From positions 558,001-622,000 of the forward strand of contig NIVC01000031.1 in the NCBI GenBank assembly GCA_002269645.1: a stretch of 64,000 bases of DNA, read 5' to 3'. How positions within the stretch are numbered: the stretch's first letter is position 1; every line of letters starts with the position of its first letter. The stretch is from Macrostomum lignano (lineage: Eukaryota). The notes beneath the pieces are model-generated. The model had not been told where the DNA came from. It made no database searches and saw nothing but the letters and a program-made list of their open reading frames with translations. The translations under genes were made by a program, and so were the position numbers. Positions 22,854-35,300 of this stretch are shown in pieces.

Positions 22854-22888
22854 TAGTGTCTGTCTGTCTGTCTGTCTGTCTGTCTTAG

Positions 22889-22929
<41 letters not shown>

Positions 22930-22963
22930 GTCTTAGTGTCTTGGTGTCTGTCTCTGTCCGTCC

Positions 22964-23055
<92 letters not shown>

Positions 23056-23555
23056 CATTGCAGGTTAAGAACATCACGGGCCGCAAGCTAGTAGGCCTGC
23101 GCTGGTGGAACTACGTAGACGAGTCCGGCAAGAGTCACTGGGTGTACGAGTCTCGAAGCCGCGGCGCTGAACAGCTGGTTTCTCGAGCCGAGTCCCGCCT
23201 ATTCTGGTTCAGTCTGGTCGGCACCCAGCTAGTGTGGTCGCTAATGTTCATAGTGGCTTTGATTACCCTTAATATTCGCTGGATAATGGCAGTCATAGTG
23301 GCATTTGTGATGAATGGCGCCAATCTATACGGCTATATTCGATGCAGATACGGCGCCAAGAAAGAGCTATCAAGCGTTGCTAAGGAGTTTCTAGGCAGAC
23401 AGGCTCTGTCGGCCGTGTTCAGCTCATTCTCTGGCGGCAATCAGCAGCAACAACAGCAGCAAGGACAAGGACAACAGGGCCAAGGCTCCAGTCCAGATTT
23501 TCCTGTGCCAGCGGCTGGAGCACCTGCGGCTGGACAAGCTGGCTCCAATCGTTGA
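22492..23555 (+). CDS. TVP23: Golgi apparatus membrane protein TVP23 homolog (FAM18 family)
   Basis: Exons 22492-22725 and 23064-23555 join as LSLDFWT|VKNITGRKLVGLRWWNYVDESGKSHWVYES, matching TVP23 ([20 protein letters not shown]). Gln-rich C-tail. Confidence 0.93.
22790..23055. repeat. (TCTG)n/(TCTA)n microsatellite in TVP23 intron
   Basis: Directly visible. Confidence 0.95.
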
Positions 23556-23834
23556 ATAAGTAACTTATCAATTTACTAAAACTGTAACTTGTTTATCTTA
23601 TGTTATTTACGTATTTATAAATGTACTCTTTGTTCTGGGGGGATGGCTTACTGTATATGTTAACCTTCATCTGTCATCTATTGTCCGTTTGTTTAAATGA
23701 ATCTTTATACTAGTCTGGTGCACTTTGTAAGACACGACACCTATCTGCGAGTATTTCCCAACCTCCTAAGCTTTAAGTTATAATCTTTGTCTTCCGTAGT
23801 GCAACTATCTTTAGGCTAAGGAGTTCAAGGTTAA

Positions 23835-24148
23835 TAATTGATTACACCTGCCCTAATTAGGCCAGATGTGCAACCGACTGCTCAGCCGCAGCTATTGCGC
23901 GGTGCATCTGAAGGCTGCGTACGGCTGTTCAGTCCAACGACTGGGAGGGGCGGAGGGGTCGCCACACACAGCCTCAATTACCCCAGCTAATGCTGGTGGT
24001 ACCCATTTTACAGCTGGGTGAACTGAAACAATGCAGAGTTAAGTGTCTTTTGCTCAAGGACACAAATTATTCCGGGTGGGTCGTGAATCGAACCCCCGAC
24101 CTTTCAGTCTTGAGTCCGACGCTCTGACCACTGGGCTATAACCCTCCG
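23835..24148 (-). mobile_element. tRNA-derived SINE with CORE-like central domain
   Basis: Minus-strand head has A box TAGCCCAGTGGTCAGAGCG and B box GGTTCGATTC, followed by GTGTCCTTGAGCAAAAGACACTTAAC...CACCCAGCTGTAAAATGGGTACC, which resembles the CORE domain. Confidence 0.75.
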
Positions 24149-25194
24149 TCAAGGTCGTTTATACTTGTTTAAAATTCCAAGAATTTCAATGTTAATACTT
24201 ATAGTACTTAAAGTAGTATTTATAGATTTTTCAGAACTAAAATTTCTCAAAATGTCTATGGCCAAAACTCGTGTACCCCATAGAGTATATATATTTATAT
24301 AATATAGACTTGAGAACACAGTGTCTAAATATTTGTTTTGCACAGATTACTATCTCGTACACAACATCACGTAGATGGGTCAGTTTTAAAAATCGTAACT
24401 GCTTACCTATTGAGCGTCTGTTTAGAGTTTTTTTCCTTATAAATATGCGCGTAACAAAATAATTCCTTTTTTTAAAGTCAATCTAATTTGGAGATGTTTA
24501 TTGGATTTCCGCGAAGCTATTTAGTCTATGGCCAAAACCTTTAGGGTTTCTTTCAAGCTACTAACAGTAGCTATATGTCGTGTCTGTTTCTGAATTCGTC
24601 AAATAATATAAAATAATTTCACCGATTAATTAAGTAGCAAACCTATTTGTTACAATTTAAAACATTCCTTTTTGACCTGAATTTAAATAGTTCTCGATCA
24701 GATTTGTTGAATCTTGTTTTTTTGACATTGTTTTGTTTATTTGCTTTCTGCCTACATCAGTAGTATAGTAAGCAAACAAATATTGGTAAATGGATTTACC
24801 TGAATATTTAAAAAAGCTAGTTTCAACTGAAGGGGCACTTATTTAATGTAATTTGAAAGCTCTTTTTTATTTGTTTATTTGTTTACATTCTGGCATTATT
24901 TATTGCAATTGCTGTTGCTGATGTGGAATATGGAATAAACTTTAATTGAATTCTGTTTATACTGAAAGCATATAATTGCATGGATAAATAAATTTGTTTG
25001 ATAGATTACTGTACTGAACAAGTTATTCCGGTAATGCTGGTTATGTGCTCAACTGTTTTTGTATATTATTCTCTTAATGTCCTAAACCTCGTGGTAATAT
25101 TAGCTAAATATCTAATCTCTAGGGTAAGACTTTCAAATGTCTAATCTTAAAGGGGAGATTTTCTGACTAAATAATCTCTAGGGCGAGAGATAAT

Positions 25195-26760
25195 AGCGAA
25201 ACCACCTACTTTCACAAGCGCTAAACTTCACATTAGCTACGAATTTGTCACCTACTTTCAGAAGCGCTAAACTTCACAAGCGCTGAACTTCACAAGCGCT
25301 GAACTTCACAAGCGCTAAACTTCACAAGCGCTAAACTTCACAAGCGCTGAACTTCACAAGCGCTGAACTTCACAAGCGCTAAACTTCACAAGCGCTAAAC
25401 TTCACATTAGCTACGAATTTGTCACCTACTTTCACAAGCGCTAAACTTCACAAGCGCTGAACTTCACAAGCGCTAAACTTCACAAGCGCTAAACTTCACA
25501 AGCGCTAAACTTCACATTAGCTACGAATTTGTCACCTACTTTCACAAGCGCTAAACTTCACAAGCGCTAAACTTCACATTAGCTACGAATTTGTCACCTA
25601 CTTTCACAAGCGCTAAACTTCACAAGCGCCGAACTTCACATTAGCTACGAATTTGTCACCTACTTTCACAAGCGCTAAACTCCACAAGCGCTAAACTTCA
25701 CAAGCGCTAAACTTCACATTAGCTACGAATTTGTCACCTACTTTCACAAGCGGTAAACTTCACAAGCGCTGAACTTCACATTAGCTACGAATTTGTCACC
25801 TACTTTCACAAGCGCTAAACTCCACAAGCGCTAAACTTCACAAGCGCTAAACTTCACAAGCGCTAAACTTCACATTAGCTACGAATTTGTCACCTACTTT
25901 CACAAGCGCTAAACTCCACAAGCGCTAAACTTCACAAGCGCTAAACTTCACATTAGCTACGAATTTGTCACCTACTTTCACAAGCGCTAAACTCCACAAG
26001 CGCTAAACTTCACAAGCGCTAAACTTCACATTAGCTACGAATTTGTCACCTACTTTCACAAGCGCTAAACTTCACAAGCGCTGAACTTCACAAGCGCTGA
26101 ACTTCACAAGCGCTAAACTTCACAAGCGCTGAACTTCACAAGCGCTGAACTTCACAAGCGCTGAACTTCACAAGCGCTAAACTTCACAAGCGCTGAACTT
26201 CACAAGCGCTGAACTTCACAAGCGCTAAACTTCACAAACGCTAAACTTCACAAACGCTAAAACACAAATGTCGCCTACTTTCACAAACGCTAACCTTTAC
26301 AATCCCCAAAACACGAATGTCGGCTTCTTTTACAAGCGCTAAAATGTTAATATACTATAATAATTTCCCTGTCTACTTTGACATTGTGAAGTTTAGCGCT
26401 TGAGAAAGTAGGTGGTTTCGCTATTCTGAAGTTAAGCGCTTGTGAAGTTTAGCGCTTGTGAAAGTAGGCGACATTTGTGTTTTAGCGGTTGTGAAGTTTA
26501 GCGTTTGTGAAGTTTAGCGCTTGTGAAGTTTAGCGTTTGTGAAAGTAGGTGACGAATTTGTAGCTATTCTGAAGTTCAGCGCTTGTGAAGTTTAGCGCTT
26601 GTGAAAGTAGGTGGTTTCGCTATTCTGAAGTTTAGCGCTTGTGAAAGTAAGTGAGTTAGCGGTTATGAAGTTTAGCGCTTGTGAAGTTTAGCGCTTGTGA
26701 AGTTTAGCGCTTGTGAAAGTAGGTGAGTTAGCGCTCATGAAAATTAGCGCTTGTGAAGCT
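25195..26760. repeat. Foldback-like structure: array of 16-bp units TTCACAAGCGCTAAAC with interspersed ~28-bp modules (25195-26340), then an inverted, more degenerate array (26385-26760)
   Basis: Right part reads GTTTAGCGCTTGTGAA and AAGTAGGTGGTTTCGCTATT, the reverse complements of left-arm modules; ~45-bp AT-rich centre. Confidence 0.85.
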
Positions 26761-26965
26761 TCCCCGGCGAGATTTTAGAATTTTTGGTCTCATTCATTTA
26801 TCTAAATATATAGTACTTATAGTAACTAAGTAGTTTACTTAATATTTTGATATTGCTACGGTTAAGTTTTTGGAGTTAGCTGTAGACACTAAACTTGAGT
26901 CCAGACTTCTTTTTTCATCTAACTTGCATTTCATGCTTTTTAATCGTATTGTCGTAGCAAACATT

Positions 26966-28268
26966 ATGAGCAAGAAAACTCACCAATCTGCCATCGTATT
27001 GATGCCACCAGCTGACACATCTGTGTACCAAGCTGTGCAGGATGTGCGCAGGTATGTGCAACATGCTACTTAAAAATTTAAGTAAAATATCATGTGAATA
27101 CTTCGTGACATTTTTTTCAATATTCATTTCCCCCATTCTCATCTTTCTTTATCACTATCAATATTCATATCTACTTTACGCTTTTCATTTCTGCCTCTGG
27201 ACCTTAATCGCCACATCTTCGTTTTATTTCTCTTTTATGATCTTCATTTCTCCCATCTGATCTTTATTTCTCCCATTTGACTCTTATTTCTCCAAGTTGA
27301 TAATTATTTCCCCTATTTGACCTTCATTTCTTCTATTTGATCTTCATTTCTTCCATTAGACCTTTATTTCTTCCATTTGACCTTCATCTCTCCATTTTGA
27401 CCTTCATTTCTCCCATTTGACCTTTATTTCTTCCATTAGACCTTTATTTCTTTTATTTGACCTTTATTTCTTCCATTTGACCTTTATTTCTTCCATTTGA
27501 CCTTTATTTCTTCCATATGACCTTTATTTCTTCCATTTGACCTTTATTTCTTCCATTTGACCTTTATTTCTTCCATATGACCTTCATTTCTTCCATTTGA
27601 CCTTTATTTCTTTCATATGACCTTTATATCTTCCATTTGACCTGCTTTATTTCTCCCATTTGACCTTCATTTCCCCTATTTGACCTGCTTGTCTCGAGTC
27701 TTGTCTCCTACCTTACCCTAAATGCGTATACTAAAATTGCAGACAACACGATCGCCAATTCCATCGCTGGATGCCGCACATCAATCTCAGTTATCCATTC
27801 TACGAACCAGATCAGATGGACTCTGCGGTAGCCAAACTGACACCTCATCTCTCCAATTTGTCACCGTTTCGCGTTCGTCTAGCAGAATTCGGTCATTTCT
27901 CTCACGGCGGTAAAAGTGCAACAGTTTGGCTAGACCCTGTAGAACCTGATCGCGATCTGTCTAATAATAATAGCCGATGTCCTAATTTGATGAAGCTACA
28001 GTCTGTGTTAGCGAGCGTGTTTCCTGACTGTTTAGATTTGCAGTCCAAAGGCGGTTTTCGGCCTCATCTAACTGTAGCTCAATGCGCTTCAGTCACTGCT
28101 GCCGAAGAGTTAAAACGAGCTCTCTCAAAAACTTGGCCGTCTAGCGATCTAAGTCGAGTTGAGTTTCTAGCTAGTTCGGTGGAGTTTATACATCGAACTG
28201 GACCAGATGTGCCTTTTGTTGTGCTGCATAGTGTGCCGCTGGGTGGCGGTGGGGCCTGTCTGGCTTAG
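26966..28268 (+). CDS. Stand-alone 2H phosphoesterase (2'-5' RNA ligase superfamily, LENG9-like domain), ~203 aa
   Basis: Exons 26966-27051 and 27743-28268 join as SAIVLMPP...VQDVRRQHDRQFHRWMPHINLSYPF...GFRPHLTVAQ, giving the two HxT/N motifs of the 2H fold. Confidence 0.85.
27240..27690. repeat. Intronic 20-bp minisatellite GACCTTTATTTCTTCCATTT
   Basis: Tandem copies visible inside the 2H gene intron. Confidence 0.9.
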
Positions 28269-28374
28269 CTAGTGACAAGATAGGGAGGTCATATTCGTTA
28301 TTCTAAAGTCCGCTTAAAAACGTAATACAAGATCACTTAACTGATCTCCTAAATGATCTACTAATTTCACCCCC

Positions 28375-28632
28375 CTCCAATGTACACACGTTCTGGTCAA
28401 GCCTGGAAAGTCTACCCCACGCGCTCTGGTCACGCCTAGAAAGTCTACCCCCAATGTACACACGCTCCGGTCAAGCCTAGAAAGTCTACCCCAATGTACA
28501 CACGCTCCGGTCAAGCCTAGAAAGTCTACCCCAATGTACACACGCCCCGGTCAAGGCTAGAAAGTTTCCCCCCATCAATGTACACATGCTCCAATCAAGG
28601 ATAGAAAGTCTACCCCCAATGTACACACGCTC
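28375..28632. repeat. 40-bp minisatellite AATGTACACACGCTCCGGTCAAGCCTAGAAAGTCTACCCC
   Basis: About 6 units with 40-bp period, downstream of the 2H gene. Confidence 0.9.
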
Positions 28633-28913
28633 CGTTCGTATGCTCGTCTGTTTTAACAAAAAAGAATATTCGAGGCTGTGATTTGTGTACTGGTATTTTT
28701 AGCCGTTATTTTTCAGAATAATGTCTCGAATTCTTATAGTACATTTTATATATATTGCACATTCCTACGACTATTTTTAGGCATTTGCAGTGAAATATAT
28801 TTTTCGTACGCAATGCAAACGATAAATTAGTTTTTATTTCTTTTTTAAGACTTCAATTTTTTACAAGCTTTAAATGTGCGTTAGCAGCTACACTAACTGT
28901 TTATTTTATCTAG

Positions 28914-29206
28914 GATCCTCAGTTGCTGGGCTAGCCTCCAAGATCCTCAGTTGCTGTGCCAGCCTCCCAGATCCTCAGTTGCTGTGCCAGCCTCCCAGAT
29001 CCTCAGTCGCTGGGCCAGCCTTCCAGATCCTCAGTTGCAGGGCCAGCCTCCCAGATCCTCAGTTGCTGGGCCAGCCTCCCAGATCCTCAGTTGCAGGGCC
29101 AGCCTCCCAGATCCTCAGTCGCTGGGCCAGCCTCCCAGATCCTCAGTCGCTGGGCCAGCCTTCCAGATCCTCAGTTGCAGGGCCAGCCTCCCAGATCCTC
29201 AGTTCC
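28914..29206. repeat. 28-bp minisatellite family, copy 2
   Basis: About 10 units of the same unit as 17570-17772. Confidence 0.9.
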
Positions 29207-29383
29207 GGAGCATCCAAAACATTGCATTTGTTGTTATAATTCGTTCTTTTTCAATTTGAATGCCGTTGCTGAAACTAAAAATGGCAGACTTTGATTACAG
29301 ATTATTGTCATTTGAAGCATTGAAATATTTGAAAGAATCAAATACAGCTTAAAACAAATCAGATTTAATTCAGCTGCAGTCAC

Positions 29384-32300
29384 ATGCTGCACGAACTACT
29401 ACTAGCCTTGTACGGCTGCCCAGGATCTGTCATTCAACAGACTCAGTCGGGTAGCCTTCGACTTATCGACAATCTGCCATTCATCAGCCCATCCGAAGTG
29501 CCTCTGATTAATCGTCTATGCCAACTAGGCGCTCACTACATTCGATTTCAAGACTTTATAGCTGAACGTTCCAGTTATCTTGACTCGGACAAACCAACAG
29601 CTGGTCTCTACGCTAAAGTGTTTAGCGATGCATTGGACAATTGTCTTGAAACTTATCGGGCCAGACTTGTCGATTTGGAATCTGAACTGATAGCAGATCC
29701 TTATCTGTCCTTGAACTATGTCCAGTGCCGATTGGAAGAATTTCAATTGCTATTTCCGGCACTGTCTGATCTGTTAGAATCTATTGAACGTAGTAACGCT
29801 CGAGGTACCCAGCTAATGGAGAAGATTGTGCATAGGATGCCTTGCGGTCTGCCTTCCGCTCAGTCGGCTTTTGATGCTCTGTTGCAGCGATGCAATCGAT
29901 TGGCTTATCGACAGATTGGCGACTGGATGCTGCAGGTGTGGTTTTGTAGTGCATACGACCAATAATCAAAGGCTCTGAATACCCTGGGGCACTTTAAGCG
30001 ACATTGTCACAACAACCGACGAGAGGCATTACTGCCCGTTTCGCCTGACTCCCCTGAGCAGTCATACGCTCAGACATACACTCACACAGGAGTGTACAGC
30101 GGCAATAACTTGATTTATCGTTTGGCATGTAACAATTCACTGTGCCTTGGGTCATGAGTAGACCTATAAAGCGGAGATTCCAATTTAGCCTCAAATTAAT
30201 GTGACTGGCACTTGGAATCAAGCCTGGGCCGCTGGCGCATCAGAGCGCCGCGTTAGACCACTGGGCTGCGGCCGCCCCTACGTCCGGGGGTTGTCGTGAA
30301 ATTCACAGCCATGAGGGCCAACCATCAAGGCGCTGAGAGTGTACATTCCTGAGGATTAGAAAGTCAGGGCCGCTGTACATGTACACTTTGTGTGAGCGTG
30401 TGTACGAGTGCGTGCCTGTGTACAGTATTGGCGCGCTTGTATGTACTCAGCAACATGGAAAAGTCGCCACTCTACGCGCCAGTGAGCAATTTCTCTTGGA
30501 CTATTCTGAACTAGAAGATACGAGAAAACTGATCGGGGTAGCTTTAATCCATCCAACCCTCGCAAACCGCTCCCCCACTTCATTCCTCAATTCAAATCTG
30601 CCGCGTGACGTACGCTAATTTGCGTCACTCGCAAGATTGAGAGACTTTACCTGCACTCTCAAAAGTGGCGAGCACAGATGGAATCTTCTGTGATGGCGAC
30701 TTTTCGATGTTGCTGAGTATATTTGCTCAGGAGTCAGCGGAACGGGCAGAATTGTCTCTTACTCAGCACTGGTTGCGTAACGCCAGGTTTCCTCCAAGCC
30801 TCCTGCTAATGCCTCATTGATTAAAGAATTACCAAGTTTACATTCGCACTACTGTAGCGGATGCACTGAAATGAACTAATCTAAAACCCTTGTAGGGCAC
30901 TTTGGACGATCCTTATTCGGAGTTTTTTGTTCGGCTTGTCGACCAAAAGCAACAACAGCAAGAACAACAGAAGAAACCAACAGCTGCTGTACCAGGCGCC
31001 CCAAATGCAACAACAGCAGCAGCTGATACCAGCAGTATAATTGTGAGCACTGGTGCTCAGAAAGCTGAATTGCAATTCTCACTACTGCCAGCCTATCTGC
31101 CGTTAACCTTGGCCCAGCGAATTCTATTTGTTGGTGAAGCGGTTCGTTGTTTTGGTTTAAATGAATCCCGATCCTCTGCTTTCCTGGCCGAGTTGGAACG
31201 ACTGTTTTTGCCCAGATTGGAGACACTGGCTGATGCTAGTCAGTTTGATCTGCTGGCTTTGGAGGAGTTTGTTGCCGATGTAAGTTCTCTTCATGATTCT
31301 TCATAATTGCAACCGGTAGTTTTCATGATTATTCATAATTGCAGCCAATAGTTTTCATGATTCTTCATAATTGCAACCGGTAGTTTTCATGATTCTTCAT
31401 AATTGCAGCCAATAGTTTTCATGATTCTTCATGATTGAAGCCAATAGTTTTCATGATTCTTCATGATTGCAACCGGTAGTTTTCATGATTATTCATAATT
31501 GCAACCGGTAGTTTTCATGCTCCCTCATAATTGCAACCGGTAGTTTTCATGATTCTTCATGATTGCAACCAATAGTTTTCATGATTCTTCATGATTGCAG
31601 CCAATAGTTTTCATGATTCTTCATGATTGCAACCAATAGTTTTCATGATTCTTCATGATTGCAACCAATAGTTTTCATGATTCTTCATGATTGCAGCCAA
31701 TAGTTTTCATGATTCTTCATAATTGCAACCGGTAGTTTTCATGATTCTTCATGATTGCAGCCAATAGTTTTCATGATTCTTCATAATTGCAACCGGTAGT
31801 TTTCATGATTATTCATAATTGCAACCGGTAGTTTTCATGATTCTTCATGAATGCAGCTAATAGTTTTCATGATTCTTCATAATTGCAGCCAATAGTTTTC
31901 ATGATTCTTCATGATTGCAACCGGTAGTTTCATGATTCTTCATGATTGCAACCGGTAGTTTTATGATTCTTCATGATTGCAACCGGTAGTTTTTATGATT
32001 CTTCATAACTGCAACCGGTAGTTTTCATGATTCTTCATGATTGCAACCGGTAGTTTTATGATTTTTCATAATTGCAACCGGTAGTTTTCATGATTCTTCA
32101 TAATTGCAACCGGTAGTTTTCATGATTCTTCATAATTGCAACCGGTAGTTTTCATGATTCTTCATAATTGCAACCGGTAGTTTTCATGATTCTTCATAAT
32201 TGCAACCGGTAGTTTTCATGATTCTTCATAATTGCAGCCAATAGTTTTCATGATTCTTCATAATTGCAGCCAATAGTTTTCATGATTCTTCATAACTGCA

Positions 32301-35300
32301 ACCAATAGTTTTCATGATTCTTCATGATTGCAACCGGTAGTTTTATGATTCTTCATGATTGCAACCTGTAGTTTCATGATTCTTCATAACTGCAACCGGT
32401 AGTTTCATGATTCTTCATGATTGCAACCGGTAGTTTTATGATTCTTCATGATTGCAACCGGTAGTTTTTATGATTCTTCATGATTGCAACCGGTAGTTTT
32501 ATGATTCTTCATGATTGCAACCGGTAGTTTTTATGATTCTTCATAACTGCAACCGGTAGTTTCATGATTCTTCATGATTGCAACCGGTAGTTTTCATGAT
32601 TCTTCATAACTGCAACCGGTAGTTTTTATGATTCTTCATAACTGCAACCGGTAGTTTTCATGATTCTTCATGATTGCAACCGGTAGTTTTATGATTTTTC
32701 ATAATTGCAACCGGTAGTTTTCATGATTCTTCATAATTGCAACCGGTAGTTTTTATGATTCTTCATAACTGCAACCGGTAGTTTCATGATTTTTCATGAT
32801 TGCAACCAGTAGTTTTATGATTTTTCATGATTGCAACCGGTAGTTTTCATGATTGCAACCGGTAGTTTTCATGATTGCAACCGGTAGTTTTCATGATTGC
32901 AACCGGTAGTTTTCATGATTCTTCATAATTGCAACCGGTAGTTTTCATGATTCTTCATAATTGCAACCGGTAGTTTTCATGATTCTTCATAATTGCAACC
33001 GGTAGTTTTCATGATTCTTCATAATTGCAACCGGTAGTTTTCATGATTCTTCATGATTGCAGCCAATAGTTTTCATGATTATTCATGATTGCAACCAATA
33101 GTTTTCATGATTCTTCATAATTGCAACCAATAGTTTTCATGATTCTTCATAATTGCAACCGGTAGTTTTCATGATTCTTCATAATTGCAACCGGTAGTTT
33201 TTATGATTCTTCATGATTGCAGCCAATAGTTTTCATGATTATTCATGATTGCAACCAATAGTTTTCATGATTCTTCATAATTGCAACCAATAGTTTTCAT
33301 GATTCTTCATAATTGCAACCGGTAGTTTTCATGATTCTTCATGATTGCAACCGGTAGTTTCATGATTCTTCATGATTGCAACCGGTAGTTTTCATGATTC
33401 TTCATAATTGCAACCGGTAGTTTCATGATTCTTCATGATTGCAACCGGTAGTTTTCATGATTCATTCATCATTCACCAACAATCCCAGGTTCGCTCGCAC
33501 GTCACAGAGCAGCTGTGGCGCCTCCTGATGGAGGACTACAGCCTCGAACAGCAACTGCAAGCCGTCAAAGATTTCTACCTGATGGGCAGGGGGGAATTCT
33601 ACTTGGCATTCATCGATCTAGCCGGACCATTGCTAGACAAGCCGCCTCATCGGATGCTGGGCCAGCAGTTGCGAGCCTGCTTCGAACGCGCCGCAAGAGC
33701 TGTTGGTCTGGAAGATGATCAGGCATTGAAACAGTTCGACGTTTGGTTTGATGACAGTCAGGCAGCCGCCGCTGGTGCTGGTGGCAGCGCTTCAGACGCC
33801 GACTCCTGGTCTCGGGTTGGGTTGAAGTTCAAGCACGGCTGGCCGTTCCATTTGCTGTTCAATGATGATATTCTGGCTAGGTAAGGCTTGTGAAGAATTT
33901 AACTCAACCCTAAACTGTCATTGAATGTGACCCTAAACTGTCATTGAATATGACCCTAAACTGTCATGGAATGTGACCCTAATCTGTCATTGAATGTGAC
34001 CCTAAACTTTCATTGAATATGACCCTAAACAGTCACTGGAATACATGTATGACTCTTGACCAGCCCTAAGAATCGCCCCAAACCAGCCTTAAGAATCGCC
34101 CTAAACCAGCCCTAAAAATCGCCCCAAACCAGCTCTAAGAATCGCCCCAAACCAGCACTAAGAATCGCCCCAAACCAGCCCTAAAAATCGCCCCAAACCA
34201 GCACTAAGAATCGCCCCAAACCAGCACAAAGAATCGCCCCAAACCAGCACTAAGAATCGCCCCAAACTAACTCTAAGAATCGCCCCAAACCAGCTCTAAG
34301 AATCGCCCCAAACCAGCACTAAGAATGGCCCCAAACCAGCACAAAGAATCGCCCCAAACCAGCACAAAGAATTGCCCCAAACCAGCCCTAAGAATCGCCC
34401 CAAACCAGTCCTAAGAATCGCCCCAAACCAGCCCTAAGAATCGCCCCAAACCAGTCCTAAGAATCGCCCCAAACCAGTCCTAAGAATCGCCCCAAACCGG
34501 CACAAAGAATCGCCCCAAACCAGCACTAAGAATCGCCCCAAACCAGCACAAAGAATCGCCCCAAACCAGCACAAAGAATTGCCCCAAACCAGTCCTAAGA
34601 ATCGCCCCAAACCAGTCCTAAGAATCGCCCCAAACCAGTCCTAAGAATCGCCCCAAACCAGCACTAAGAATCGCCCCAAACCAGCCCTAAAAATCGCCCC
34701 AAACCAGCTCTAAGAATCGCCCCAAACCAGCCTTAAGAATCGCCCCAAACCGGCACAAAGAATCGCCCCAAACCAGCACTAAGAATCACCCCAAACCAGC
34801 ACAAAGAATCGCCCCAAACCAGCACTAAGAATCGCCCCAAACTAACTCTAAGAATCGCCCCAAACCAGCTCTAAGAATCGCCCCAAACCAGCACTAAGAA
34901 TGGCCCCAAACCGGCACTAAGAATGGCCCCAAACCGGCACTAAGAATCGCCCCAAACCAGCCCTAAGAATCGCTCCAACCAAACCCCGCAGATACTGCCA
35001 AGTGTTCCGCTTCCTACTCACCGTGAAGCGAGTCCAGCTCACTCTGCAACGCTCCTGGGCAGCCCAGATGATCGCCAAACGGGGCTGTCGCAATTCCCGT
35101 GTCAACTCGGCCGCTTTGAGCAAGTTGGAGCCGCATTTTCTACAGCGCAGTCGAATGCAGCATGCAGTTGATAATCTGGTCTACTATCTGCAGGTAGACG
35201 TTATTGATAGTCGGTTTAACGCTTTGATAACCGCTGCTAGGACTCAGCGAGATGTGGAACAATTGCAGGTTTGTTTTAATGGTCAATTGTTTTTCTCATC

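Noticed and set aside
24073-24148. tRNA gene on the minus strand
   Set aside because: Stems are imperfect and the head runs directly into a SINE body with no terminator, so it is a SINE head.
25195-26340. CRISPR-like repeat-spacer pattern
   Set aside because: The spacers are identical to each other, there are no cas genes, and the context is eukaryotic.
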